In this document: positions 1 to 7,038 of the stretch, piece after piece
How the letters are laid out: every line of letters begins with the position of its first letter
How positions within the stretch are numbered: position 1 is the stretch's first letter
Source: Fibrobacter succinogenes subsp. succinogenes S85
GTDB taxonomy: Bacteria; Fibrobacterota; Fibrobacteria; Fibrobacterales; Fibrobacteraceae
Assembly: GCF_000146505.1 (NCBI RefSeq)
Contig: NC_017448.1
Coordinates: 990,001 to 1,022,000, forward strand
Direction of reading: 5' to 3'
Length of the DNA: 32,000 nt
The notes under the pieces: generated by a model
Databases searched by the model: none
The model's input: only the letters and a program-made list of their open reading frames with translations
Told to the model about the DNA's origin: nothing
Translations under genes and position numbers: made by a program

Positions 1-662
1 CTGCTCGCCAAGAAGAAATGGCCCGCCGCATCATTGACTTCTTCGAAAAGGACAACTACAAGCATGCCCGTTTCAACTGGGACGGTTCCAATCCGCAGGA
101 ACAGTACACGCTTGGCGAAACTGGCGCAAACGCCGTGGCAGCAATGGCCTTGATCAACGATTCGAAGTATAATGACGCCGTCAAGAAGAATCTCAAGATG
201 GCTTGGGATGCAAACCTCATGACCGGTCAGTACCGCTACTACGATGGCCTCGTTCACTACCTCGCTATGCTCCACTTGAGCGGAACGTTCAAGATTTGGA
301 AGCCGAAGCCAGAAGTTACGGAAAAGCAAGTCACCGCCAACGAACATAATGGTGTCAAGATTGAAAGCGACACAACTTTCTACTCCTTCGAATCTTGCAA
401 GCTCTACAAGGTGAACGCCAAGCCGGAAACGAACGCCATTTCTGCGAAGGTCAAGTTGAACAACGCCGTGAGAGTCTGGTCCACCAACAGCGCCATCGTC
501 ATTGAAAACGCTGCCGTCGGTACCAAGTTCGCCGTGACGGACGTGAATGGCCGCGTTCTCGCAAGCTCCAAGACTAGCTCCGCCATGCAGGAAGTCCGCA
601 TCAACAGCAGAGGCAACTTCCTCGTCATTGTTGGCAACAAGACTTACAAGGTCGTGAAGTAA
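1..662 (+). CDS. C-terminal part of a secreted glycoside hydrolase (GH8-like catalytic end) with a C-terminal sorting-type tail. The 5' end lies outside the window.
   Basis: The frame stays open from nt 3, upstream of the listed Met at 18. 'YRYYDGLVHYLAMLHLSGTFKIW' resembles the conserved end of GH8 catalytic domains as I remember them. The last ~70 aa (nt ~444-659) carry the G-x-KFAV-x-D-x-x-GRV ... V-x-V ... K tail shared with three other secreted proteins here. A terminator follows. Confidence 0.55.
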   Translation, partial: ARQEEMARRIIDFFEKDNYKHARFNWDGSNPQEQYTLGETGANAVAAMALINDSKYNDAVKKNLKMAWDANLMTGQYRYYDGLVHYLAMLHLSGTFKIWKPKPEVTEKQVTANEHNGVKIESDTTFYSFESCKLYKVNAKPETNAISAKVKLNNAVRVWSTNSAIVIENAAVGTKFAVTDVNGRVLASSKTSSAMQEVRINSRGNFLVIVGNKTYKVVK

Positions 663-692
663 AAGATTTGCGATTTCGCAGGACTTTAACAG

Positions 693-719
693 GGCGTGCA
701 GCAATGCACGCCTTTTTTT
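693..719 (+). terminator. Rho-independent terminator after the GH8-like gene
   Basis: Stem GGCGTGCA, loop GCAA, stem TGCACGCC, followed by T7. Confidence 0.8.
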
Positions 720-748
720 GTGCAAAAAACTTAAAATCCGACTATTTT

Positions 749-776
749 TTGTCTTTTTCGCGAAAAATTATATATT
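749..776 (+). promoter_or_regulatory. Candidate sigma70-type promoter for the 836-2183 unit
   Basis: TTGTCT-N16-TATATT lies ~55 nt upstream of the ATG at 836 and directly after the upstream terminator. Confidence 0.3.
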
Positions 777-835
777 ACAACCATCAAGATACACGTCCCG
801 AATTCAGAGTTCCTAAATCATAATCAGCAAGTACC

Positions 836-1171
836 ATGTCCTTTCTCAGCAACGCACGAGACAAAGCCATCGAGATGTTCTTCCGGCGCAACGATTTCAT
901 CAACAGATTTGGCGAAATCCAGAACATCGAAATTGACTCGCAAGAAAACCAGGCAAACGTCACCATCCTATTGCACGGTGAGTTCATACCGACCACAATT
1001 TGCGCGCACTATTGCTTTGAAGATACGGACCAGGAGACATTGATTGTCATAAACAAAGTAGAATGCGAACGCACGATGATCCACGAACTCGTTTCATGGT
1101 GGATCAAGGACCACCCTATCAAAAAGGCACTCCCCAAGGGAACGGGCTTCTTTGCCAAAATCTTGTTCTAG
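836..1171 (+). CDS. Small hypothetical protein (111 aa), paralog A
   Basis: ORF with coding-like composition. It is clearly homologous to the next ORF (LHGEFIPTTI / PHGETTPISF; ETLIVINKV / ETEIFIQNI; ELVSWWIK / EIVKMWLE). I recognise no family. Confidence 0.6.
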   Translation: MSFLSNARDKAIEMFFRRNDFINRFGEIQNIEIDSQENQANVTILLHGEFIPTTICAHYCFEDTDQETLIVINKVECERTMIHELVSWWIKDHPIKKALPKGTGFFAKILF

Positions 1172-1191
1172 CAGTCACAGAAGGAATTATC

Positions 1192-1479
1192 ATGGAAGAA
1201 CAGCTCCAGAAAGTACTAAACAACGTCTCTTTCAACGTGAATGCAGGCAAGCAGACAATGGACCTCACTGTCCTGCCCCATGGCGAAACAACACCGATTT
1301 CGTTCCATTTGAACTACAAGCTTGTTGAAAAGGGCGATGAAACGGAGATTTTTATCCAAAATATCGCATCAGATAGGCTTTGGGTGGATGAAATCGTTAA
1401 AATGTGGCTAGAAAAAAGTAGTTTTAATTATAAGATTCCCCAAGACCTCGCAGGAATTATTAAAATGTTCTTGAAATAG
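1192..1479 (+). CDS. Small hypothetical protein (95 aa), paralog B
   Basis: I chose the internal ATG at 1192 of ORF 1063-1479. It avoids overlap with paralog A, has AAGGAA 6-11 nt upstream, and matches the region alignable to paralog A. Confidence 0.6.
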   Translation: MEEQLQKVLNNVSFNVNAGKQTMDLTVLPHGETTPISFHLNYKLVEKGDETEIFIQNIASDRLWVDEIVKMWLEKSSFNYKIPQDLAGIIKMFLK

Positions 1480-1496
1480 GAGAAAAGGAGGCAGCT

Positions 1497-2183
1497 ATGT
1501 TAAACTTTAACGAATTCAAAAAAGACGAATCCAGTTCCATTCAGGAGATGTTCAATTCGGTCGTCTTCAACCTGATTACGGACATTCCGGACTCGCTCCT
1601 CTGCCCCAACAGGGATCCCGATGCGCGTGCCGAAATTCTAATCAAGCAGGCCGCCCTCAAGGCCGCAGCGGTAAGTACGTCTTTATCCATCCCGGCAGGC
1701 TTTACTGGCGTCTTGACCTCCATCCCGGATATAGCCGCGGTTTGGCGCATCCAGGCACAGCTTGTCTCCGATATAGCCTGCACCTACGGCAAGTTCGCCA
1801 TGCTCAGTCGTGAAGCCATGGTCTGGTGCCTTTTCCGCCACAGTGCAGCATCGCTCCTACGCGATGTCGCTGTCCGTACTGGAAGCCGCATTGTCGTCCA
1901 GAAGCTCTCCCTGGCAGCACTCCAGAAATTGCTCCAGAGAATCGGTGTCAAGATTTCGACGAACTTCCTCGGGCGCATCGCCCTCCGTGCCATCCCGGCA
2001 ATTGGAGCCGTCGGTAACGGAGCCTACACCTACTTTGATACAAACGAAGTCGGCAAGACAGCAAAGTCCTACTTCAAGGCTCTTGAAGGAGTTGAAAAAC
2101 CGGAACTCGTCGAAAACTCCATCGACAAGGACCCGGATTCAAGCGAAGCCGCCGCTGAACCGGCATCCGAAGAAAACGTATAA
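1497..2183 (+). CDS. EcsC-family-like protein with an acidic C-terminal tail
   Basis: 'IPDIAAVWRIQAQLVSDIACTYG' and 'AIPAIGAVGNGAYTYFDTNEVGKTAKSYF' match the two conserved blocks I remember from B. subtilis EcsC (DIPAMAVINLRAVQLIAMSYG ... AIGAGTNYQLTRKVTEFAHKYY). A strong SD (AAGGAGG) lies 6 nt upstream. Confidence 0.65.
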   Translation: MLNFNEFKKDESSSIQEMFNSVVFNLITDIPDSLLCPNRDPDARAEILIKQAALKAAAVSTSLSIPAGFTGVLTSIPDIAAVWRIQAQLVSDIACTYGKFAMLSREAMVWCLFRHSAASLLRDVAVRTGSRIVVQKLSLAALQKLLQRIGVKISTNFLGRIALRAIPAIGAVGNGAYTYFDTNEVGKTAKSYFKALEGVEKPELVENSIDKDPDSSEAAAEPASEENV

Positions 2184-2211
2184 ACAAAAATTTTCTCATT
2201 TAAGCAAAACG

Positions 2212-2239
2212 AAGCAGCCATTTTTATGGTTGCTTTTTT
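2212..2239 (+). terminator. Rho-independent terminator after the EcsC-like gene
   Basis: Stem GCAGCCA / TGGTTGC (one G-U pair), loop TTTTTA, then T6. Confidence 0.7.
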
Positions 2240-2375
2240 GCATTTTAGGCCAATTTTAGCCATTTTACCCCCCTTTTATACTATCAAATGAAAAACCGCC
2301 CTTGAGTTCCCCCCAAAATTTTCTATTTTTGGGCGCAACATTCAATAACATCAACTCCATTAGTGGAATAAAAAT

Positions 2376-4505
2376 ATGAAAGACATCCAACTGCACAGAA
2401 ATATTGGTATTTCTGCCCACATCGACTCTGGTAAGACAACTCTTACCGAACGTATCCTTTACTTCACAAAGCGTATTCACGCTATCCACGAAGTTCGTGG
2501 TAAAGACGGCGTCGGTGCCACGATGGACTCCATGGAACTTGAACGCGAACGCGGTATTACGATTCAGTCTGCCGCTACGTTTGCAAACTGGACTCACACC
2601 AAGACCGGTGAAAAGGACTCCATCAACATCATCGATACCCCGGGGCACGTGGACTTCACGATCGAAGTGGAACGTTCTCTCCGCGTGTTGGACGGTGCTA
2701 TCCTCGTCCTCACTGGCGTTGAAGGCGTCCAGTCCCAGTCTATTACCGTTGACCGCCAAATGCGCCGTTACCATGTGCCGCGCGTCGTGTTCGTGAACAA
2801 GTGCGACCGCTCTGGTGCAAATCCGCTCCGCGTTGCAGTCATGCTCAAGGAAAAGCTCAACCACAAGCCGTGCGTCATGCAGATTCCTATAGGTTTGGAA
2901 TCCAATCTTAAGGGCGTGGTCGACCTTCTCGAAATGAAGGCATACTACTTCGAAGGCGACAATGGCGACGACATGATCGAAAAGGAAATCCCGGCAGAAC
3001 TCGTCGACCAGGCTAACGAATACCGCGAAAAGCTCGTTGACTGCTGCGCTGACTACAGCGACGAAGTCATGGAAAAGGCTATGGAAGGCGAATACGGTGT
3101 CGATCAGATCGACAAGAACCTCCTCAAGAAGGTCATCCGCGAAGCTACCATCCGTCTCGACATCACTCCGGTGTTCATGGGTTCTGCTCACAAGAACATT
3201 GGTGTCCAGAAGCTCCTCGACGGTGTTATCGACTTCCTCCCGTGCCCGACCGACGTTGAAAACAAGGCTCTCGATCTCGACAACAACGAAGCTGAAGTTA
3301 TCCTCAAGTCCGAAGACAACGCACCGCTCGTCTGCTACGCATTCAAGCTCGTGAACGACCGCTATGGCCAGCTCACCTACGTCCGCGTTTACCAGGGTAC
3401 CCTCAAGAAGGGCGACATGATTACCAACATGGCAACTGGCAAGAAGGTTTCTGTTGGTCGTCTCGTCCGTATGCACGCTGACGAAATGGTGGATATCACC
3501 GAAGCCGGTGCAGGCGACATCGTTGCTCTGTTCGGTATCGACTGCGCATCCGGTACGACATTCACGGATGGCAAGAACCACTACAACATGACTTCTATGC
3601 ACGTTCCTAACCCGGTTATCGAACTTGTTATTGAAGCCAAGAACCGTGACGACCTCGACAACATGTCCAAGGCCCTCAACCGCTTCACGAAGGAAGACCC
3701 GACGTTCCAGGTCGAAGTTGACAAGGAATCTGGTCAGACCATCATCAAGGGTATGGGCGAACTCCACCTTGACGTTTATATCGAACGTATGCGCCGTGAA
3801 TACAAGTGCGACGTGACGACTGGTGCTCCGCAGGTTGCTTACCGCGAAACCATCACCCGCCCGGCCAAGTTCGACTACACTCACAAGAAGCAGACTGGTG
3901 GTTCTGGTCAGTACGCTAAGGTCGTCGGTGAAATGCGTCCGATGGCTGTCGAAGGCGACCAGGAAAAGGTCTACAACTTCGTCAACTCCGTCGTCGGTGG
4001 CCGTATTCCGAAGGAATACATCCCGTCTTGCGATAAGGGTTTCCAGAGCTGCATGGAAGCAGGTTCCCTCATCGGCTTCCCGGTTGTCGGTATCGAAATG
4101 GAAGTCCAGGATGGTGCATTCCACCCGGTCGACTCCTCTGATATGGCGTTCCAGGTTGCAGCCCGTATGGCCTTCCGCGAAGCTTTCGCTAAGGCTGGCG
4201 CTCAGATCCTCGAACCGATCATGAAGGTCGAAATCCAGACCCCGACCGAATTCCAGGGCGGTGTCGTGGGTAACGTTTCCCAGCGTCGTGGTAGCATCGT
4301 TGGTACTTCCGAAGAACTCGGCATGACCACGATTACTGCAGAAGTTCCGCTTTCCGAAATGTTCGGTTATGCTACGGACCTCCGTTCCATGACCCAGGGT
4401 AAGGCAGAATTCACGATGGAATTCTGCAAGTACCTCCCGGTTCCGAAGAACATCCAGGAAGAACTCATCAAGAAGTACGGCGACAAGGTCAAGGCAAGAG
4501 CTTAA
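2376..4505 (+). CDS. fusA: Translation elongation factor G (mitochondrial/spd-type EF-G1-like)
   Basis: Full-length 709-aa GTPase with G1 [16 protein letters not shown] and NKCD. Its switch-I region '[32 protein letters not shown]' matches the mtEF-G1 type rather than E. coli '[28 protein letters not shown]'. Confidence 0.95.
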   Translation: MKDIQLHRNIGISAHIDSGKTTLTERILYFTKRIHAIHEVRGKDGVGATMDSMELERERGITIQSAATFANWTHTKTGEKDSINIIDTPGHVDFTIEVERSLRVLDGAILVLTGVEGVQSQSITVDRQMRRYHVPRVVFVNKCDRSGANPLRVAVMLKEKLNHKPCVMQIPIGLESNLKGVVDLLEMKAYYFEGDNGDDMIEKEIPAELVDQANEYREKLVDCCADYSDEVMEKAMEGEYGVDQIDKNLLKKVIREATIRLDITPVFMGSAHKNIGVQKLLDGVIDFLPCPTDVENKALDLDNNEAEVILKSEDNAPLVCYAFKLVNDRYGQLTYVRVYQGTLKKGDMITNMATGKKVSVGRLVRMHADEMVDITEAGAGDIVALFGIDCASGTTFTDGKNHYNMTSMHVPNPVIELVIEAKNRDDLDNMSKALNRFTKEDPTFQVEVDKESGQTIIKGMGELHLDVYIERMRREYKCDVTTGAPQVAYRETITRPAKFDYTHKKQTGGSGQYAKVVGEMRPMAVEGDQEKVYNFVNSVVGGRIPKEYIPSCDKGFQSCMEAGSLIGFPVVGIEMEVQDGAFHPVDSSDMAFQVAARMAFREAFAKAGAQILEPIMKVEIQTPTEFQGGVVGNVSQRRGSIVGTSEELGMTTITAEVPLSEMFGYATDLRSMTQGKAEFTMEFCKYLPVPKNIQEELIKKYGDKVKARA

Positions 4506-4544
4506 TCCAAGCCAAACCAGCTAAAACTTCTCGAAAGTTTAAAA

Positions 4545-4577
4545 GGCCTGCAACGGAAGTTGCAGGTCTTTTTGTTT
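4545..4577 (+). terminator. Rho-independent terminator of fusA
   Basis: 10-bp stem GGCCTGCAAC / GTTGCAGGTC (one G-U pair), GGAA loop, then TTTTGTTTG. Confidence 0.85.
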
Positions 4578-4602
4578 GAGGTTTACACACACACAATAAT
4601 TC

Positions 4603-4641
4603 GTATAAAAGAAGAGTCCCGCAATGCTCTCACGGGACTCT
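4603..4641 (-). terminator. Intrinsic-terminator-like hairpin on the minus strand. It would end a mazG 3' UTR or an independent small RNA.
   Basis: 9-bp stem AGAGTCCCG / CGGGACTCT with an 11-nt loop. On the minus strand it is followed by TTCTTTTAT. Confidence 0.5.
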
Positions 4642-4805
4642 CTTATAAACGTAACACTAGTAAGTTCTACTCCGCGATTCGATTCGGCTTCCCGTCTCAG
4701 AACCAGAATTTACTTGTGCCACAAGAATAATATAGCACACGAATTACGAGTGCGAACAAAATTTCGCATACTCATTTAATCCCGCGCGGAACATTCCAAA
4801 TTGGA

Positions 4806-5603
4806 CTAACTACTAAGCTTCGCTTCTTTCCAGAGCTTTTGCAGGCCCTCTAGGCCCACGTCCTTGATTTCCTTGCCCTGTTCCTTGACGCGGCGTTCTA
4901 CCTCGCGGAAGCGCTTTTCGAACTTGTTGTTTGCGCGCTGCAGTGCTATGTTGGCGTTGAAGCCGCAGTGGCGAGCGACATTCACGAGACTGAACATGAT
5001 GTCGCCGAATTCATCTTCCAGGCGGTCCACGTTTGCATTCTCGGGAGAAATCTTTTCCATCTCGGCACGGAATTCCGCAAATTCCTCTTGAGCCTTATCG
5101 AACACGGGAGCAGCCTCGCCCCAGTCAAAACCGACTTTAGCTACGCGGCGGATAATATCTTGCGAGCGTGCGAGCGTGGGCATGCTTTTGCTGACTTTGT
5201 CCATAATAGACTCGCCCGCATGCTTTAAGTTGTTCTTCTCCTGCGCCTTGATGCGTTCCCAACGACGGCTTACGTCATTTGCCGTATCCACTTTAGCATC
5301 ACCAAACACATGCGGATGCCTGCGCACCATCTTTTCGCACAAGCCCTGAATCACGTCTTCAATCGTAAAGTCGCCCTGTTCCTTGCACACCTGCGAATGG
5401 AAAATCACCTGGAACAGCACATCGCCGAGTTCCTCGCACATGTGCTCCTTGTCGCCATCCTGTGCGGCATCAATAAACTCACAGCTTTCTTCAACCAAAT
5501 AGGGCAACAGCGAATGCGTGGTCTGCTGGCGGTCCCATGGGCAGCCATTTTCCGAACGCAGACGGGCCATAATATCAACGAGATCCTTAAACGTGTATTT
5601 CAT
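4806..5603 (-). CDS. mazG: Nucleoside triphosphate pyrophosphohydrolase MazG
   Basis: Tandem MazG domains ('CPWDRQQT', 'EELGDVLFQV', second 'EFGDIMFSLVNVAR'). I prefer the start at 5603 (MKYTFKDL, 266 aa, similar to the E. coli length). The longer ORF start at 5651 is possible. Confidence 0.9.
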   Translation of the reverse strand: MKYTFKDLVDIMARLRSENGCPWDRQQTTHSLLPYLVEESCEFIDAAQDGDKEHMCEELGDVLFQVIFHSQVCKEQGDFTIEDVIQGLCEKMVRRHPHVFGDAKVDTANDVSRRWERIKAQEKNNLKHAGESIMDKVSKSMPTLARSQDIIRRVAKVGFDWGEAAPVFDKAQEEFAEFRAEMEKISPENANVDRLEDEFGDIMFSLVNVARHCGFNANIALQRANNKFEKRFREVERRVKEQGKEIKDVGLEGLQKLWKEAKLSS

Positions 5604-5764
5604 GAGCGCAAAGATAGAAAGTAAACGCGCCCCCTTGTTTTCCCGTAACAAATTCAGTAAATTAGTTACCGCTTTATTAGATTCTTACCTATATCGTTTC
5701 TTAGATCCTTTAATTTTATTCTCTCAAAAAAACAGCCCCCAGGTACATTCGGGGCAACAATAGT

Positions 5765-6637
5765 ATGGAAATGAAACTCTCTCCCGAAAATTATCCACTC
5801 GCATTGGGAGCATCCAAATATAGCCCCAAGCAGCTATTTTGCATAGGCACACTCCCCTCCACCGATAAAATCGGCATCGCCATGGTCGGCACACGCCGCC
5901 CGTCCGCATCAGCCGAAGAACTCTGTAGGCGACTCATCGGGTCGCTCAAAGCCACAAATGCCGTGGTCATTTCGGGGCTTGCACAGGGCATAGACAGTTT
6001 TTGCCACCGCGCCGCCCTCGATGCTGGCATCCCCACAATAGCAGTCCTTGCGCAAGGTCTAGGCACCAAAATTGAAGGCGAAAGAGGAATACTCGCCAAA
6101 CGCATTCTTGACGCAGGAGGCGCCCTTTTAAGCGAATACGAAGGTGATACGCCGGCCTACAAGGGGAACTTCATCGCACGGAACCGCATCATCAGCGGAC
6201 TCAGCCAATCGACGCTCGTGGTCCAGAGCCGTAAAAAAGGAGGCGCTCTCCTTACCGCACAATTCTGCCTAGACGAAGGGAAACAGCTCCTCGCCTGCCC
6301 CGGGAACTTTGACTGCGAGCTCTACAGCGGCACAAACACGCTCCTTGACAGCGGACACGCCAAGGCCGTCTTTATTCCCGAAAGTCTACGGGCCGTCGCC
6401 GGGATTCCGCTCCTCGAAGGGGCTAAAATGGAGCAATTGACCACGTATGGGGTACAACTTTCGGACGGGGCTCAAAAAATCTTTGAGAGGTTTAACGGAT
6501 TCCGCAAAACATTTTCGGAACTTCAGCAAGAATTTGACTTTAAGCCACCAGAACTTTTAGCTATATTGACGGAGCTAGAAATATCAGGTCTAGTCACATC
6601 AAAGGACAACTTCCAATTCTATTTTAACGGAGCTTGA
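5765..6637 (+). CDS. dprA: DNA-processing protein DprA/Smf
   Basis: 'GTRRPS...ISGLAQGIDSFCHRAAL...IAVLAQGL...FIARNRIISGLS..LVVQSRKKGGALLTA' is the DprA Rossmann core. A C-terminal winged-helix-like tail follows. Confidence 0.9.
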   Translation: MEMKLSPENYPLALGASKYSPKQLFCIGTLPSTDKIGIAMVGTRRPSASAEELCRRLIGSLKATNAVVISGLAQGIDSFCHRAALDAGIPTIAVLAQGLGTKIEGERGILAKRILDAGGALLSEYEGDTPAYKGNFIARNRIISGLSQSTLVVQSRKKGGALLTAQFCLDEGKQLLACPGNFDCELYSGTNTLLDSGHAKAVFIPESLRAVAGIPLLEGAKMEQLTTYGVQLSDGAQKIFERFNGFRKTFSELQQEFDFKPPELLAILTELEISGLVTSKDNFQFYFNGA

Positions 6638-6641
6638 TCAG

Positions 6642-6920
6642 TTGCACTTACGATATCTCATTGTAATTGCCACCATCATCGCATTTGCGTTCATGGTGTT
6701 CCATCTGCTATTCGGAAAGGACAGCTTTCCGGAGCAGCGTAGAATTGCAAGAGAAATCGAACTGTACCAAGCCGAAATAGACTCGTTAAATAAAGTCATC
6801 GAAGAACGCGACAAGCTGATCCAAAAGCTAAAGACCGACTCCCTCTACAAAGAAGAAATACTGCGCACCCGCTACGGCATGAGCCGCGAAGGCGAAAAAG
6901 CGTTTCAGCTGGTGAAGTAG
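6642..6920 (+). CDS. ftsB: Septum formation initiator family protein (FtsB/DivIC-like)
   Basis: 92 aa with an N-terminal TM helix, a coiled coil, and the conserved end 'DSLYKEEILRTRYGMSREGEKAF'. The start appears to be a non-ATG (TTG) codon 4 nt after the dprA stop. Confidence 0.75.
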   Translation: MHLRYLIVIATIIAFAFMVFHLLFGKDSFPEQRRIAREIELYQAEIDSLNKVIEERDKLIQKLKTDSLYKEEILRTRYGMSREGEKAFQLVK

Positions 6921-6963
6921 CGGCGTTGCCGCTACTTAGACGAAAGAACGCTCGCTAACTCGC

Positions 6964-7037
6964 TTTAGACGAAAGACGAGAGTACTAGTTAGGCACCATT
7001 GGTGCAGTATAATAAAATCTTTCGTCTCTCGTCTAAA
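6964..7037. repeat. Long imperfect inverted repeat built from TTAGACGA(A/G)AGA units in the convergent ftsB / RND intergenic region
   Basis: TTTAGACGAAAGACGAGAG (6964-6982) pairs with TCTTTCGTCTCTCGTCTAAA (7018-7037) at 17 of 19 positions. A further direct copy TTAGACGAAAGA lies at 6936-6947. An inner GCACC-ATT-GGTGC hairpin lies at 6993-7005. Confidence 0.6.
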
Positions 7038-7038
7038 C

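Noticed and set aside
1063-1191. N-terminal extension of the second small ORF (start at 1063), overlapping the end of paralog A
   Set aside because: The extension overlaps gene A by 109 nt in another frame and has no similarity to paralog A. The ATG at 1192 has an AAGGAA upstream and begins the region alignable to paralog A.
2265-4124. 619-aa ORF antisense to fusA
   Set aside because: It lies entirely inside the highly conserved EF-G gene. Its product is a low-information V/D/F/H/E-rich string with no motifs, no start context and no terminator. An open antisense frame is expected from the strong codon bias of fusA.
4586-4596. (CA)5 microsatellite just after the fusA terminator
   Set aside because: It is too short to be meaningful and sits in an intergenic position with no reading frame to shift. 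I noted it only as part of the 4578-4805 spacer.
4640-4800. Possibility that the mazG-fusA spacer encodes a tRNA, SRP RNA or 6S RNA
   Set aside because: There is no T-loop GTTCGAATC-type box or cloverleaf. There is no SRP domain-IV 'GGAAGCAGC'-type motif. It is also too short and not organised like 6S RNA. I kept it only as an unclassified candidate sRNA or 3' UTR.
7008-7013. Consensus TATAAT hexamer inside the loop of the 6964-7037 inverted repeat
   Set aside because: There is no acceptable -35, and no downstream plus-strand gene, because the next gene is convergent. It is likely a chance occurrence in an A/T-rich loop.
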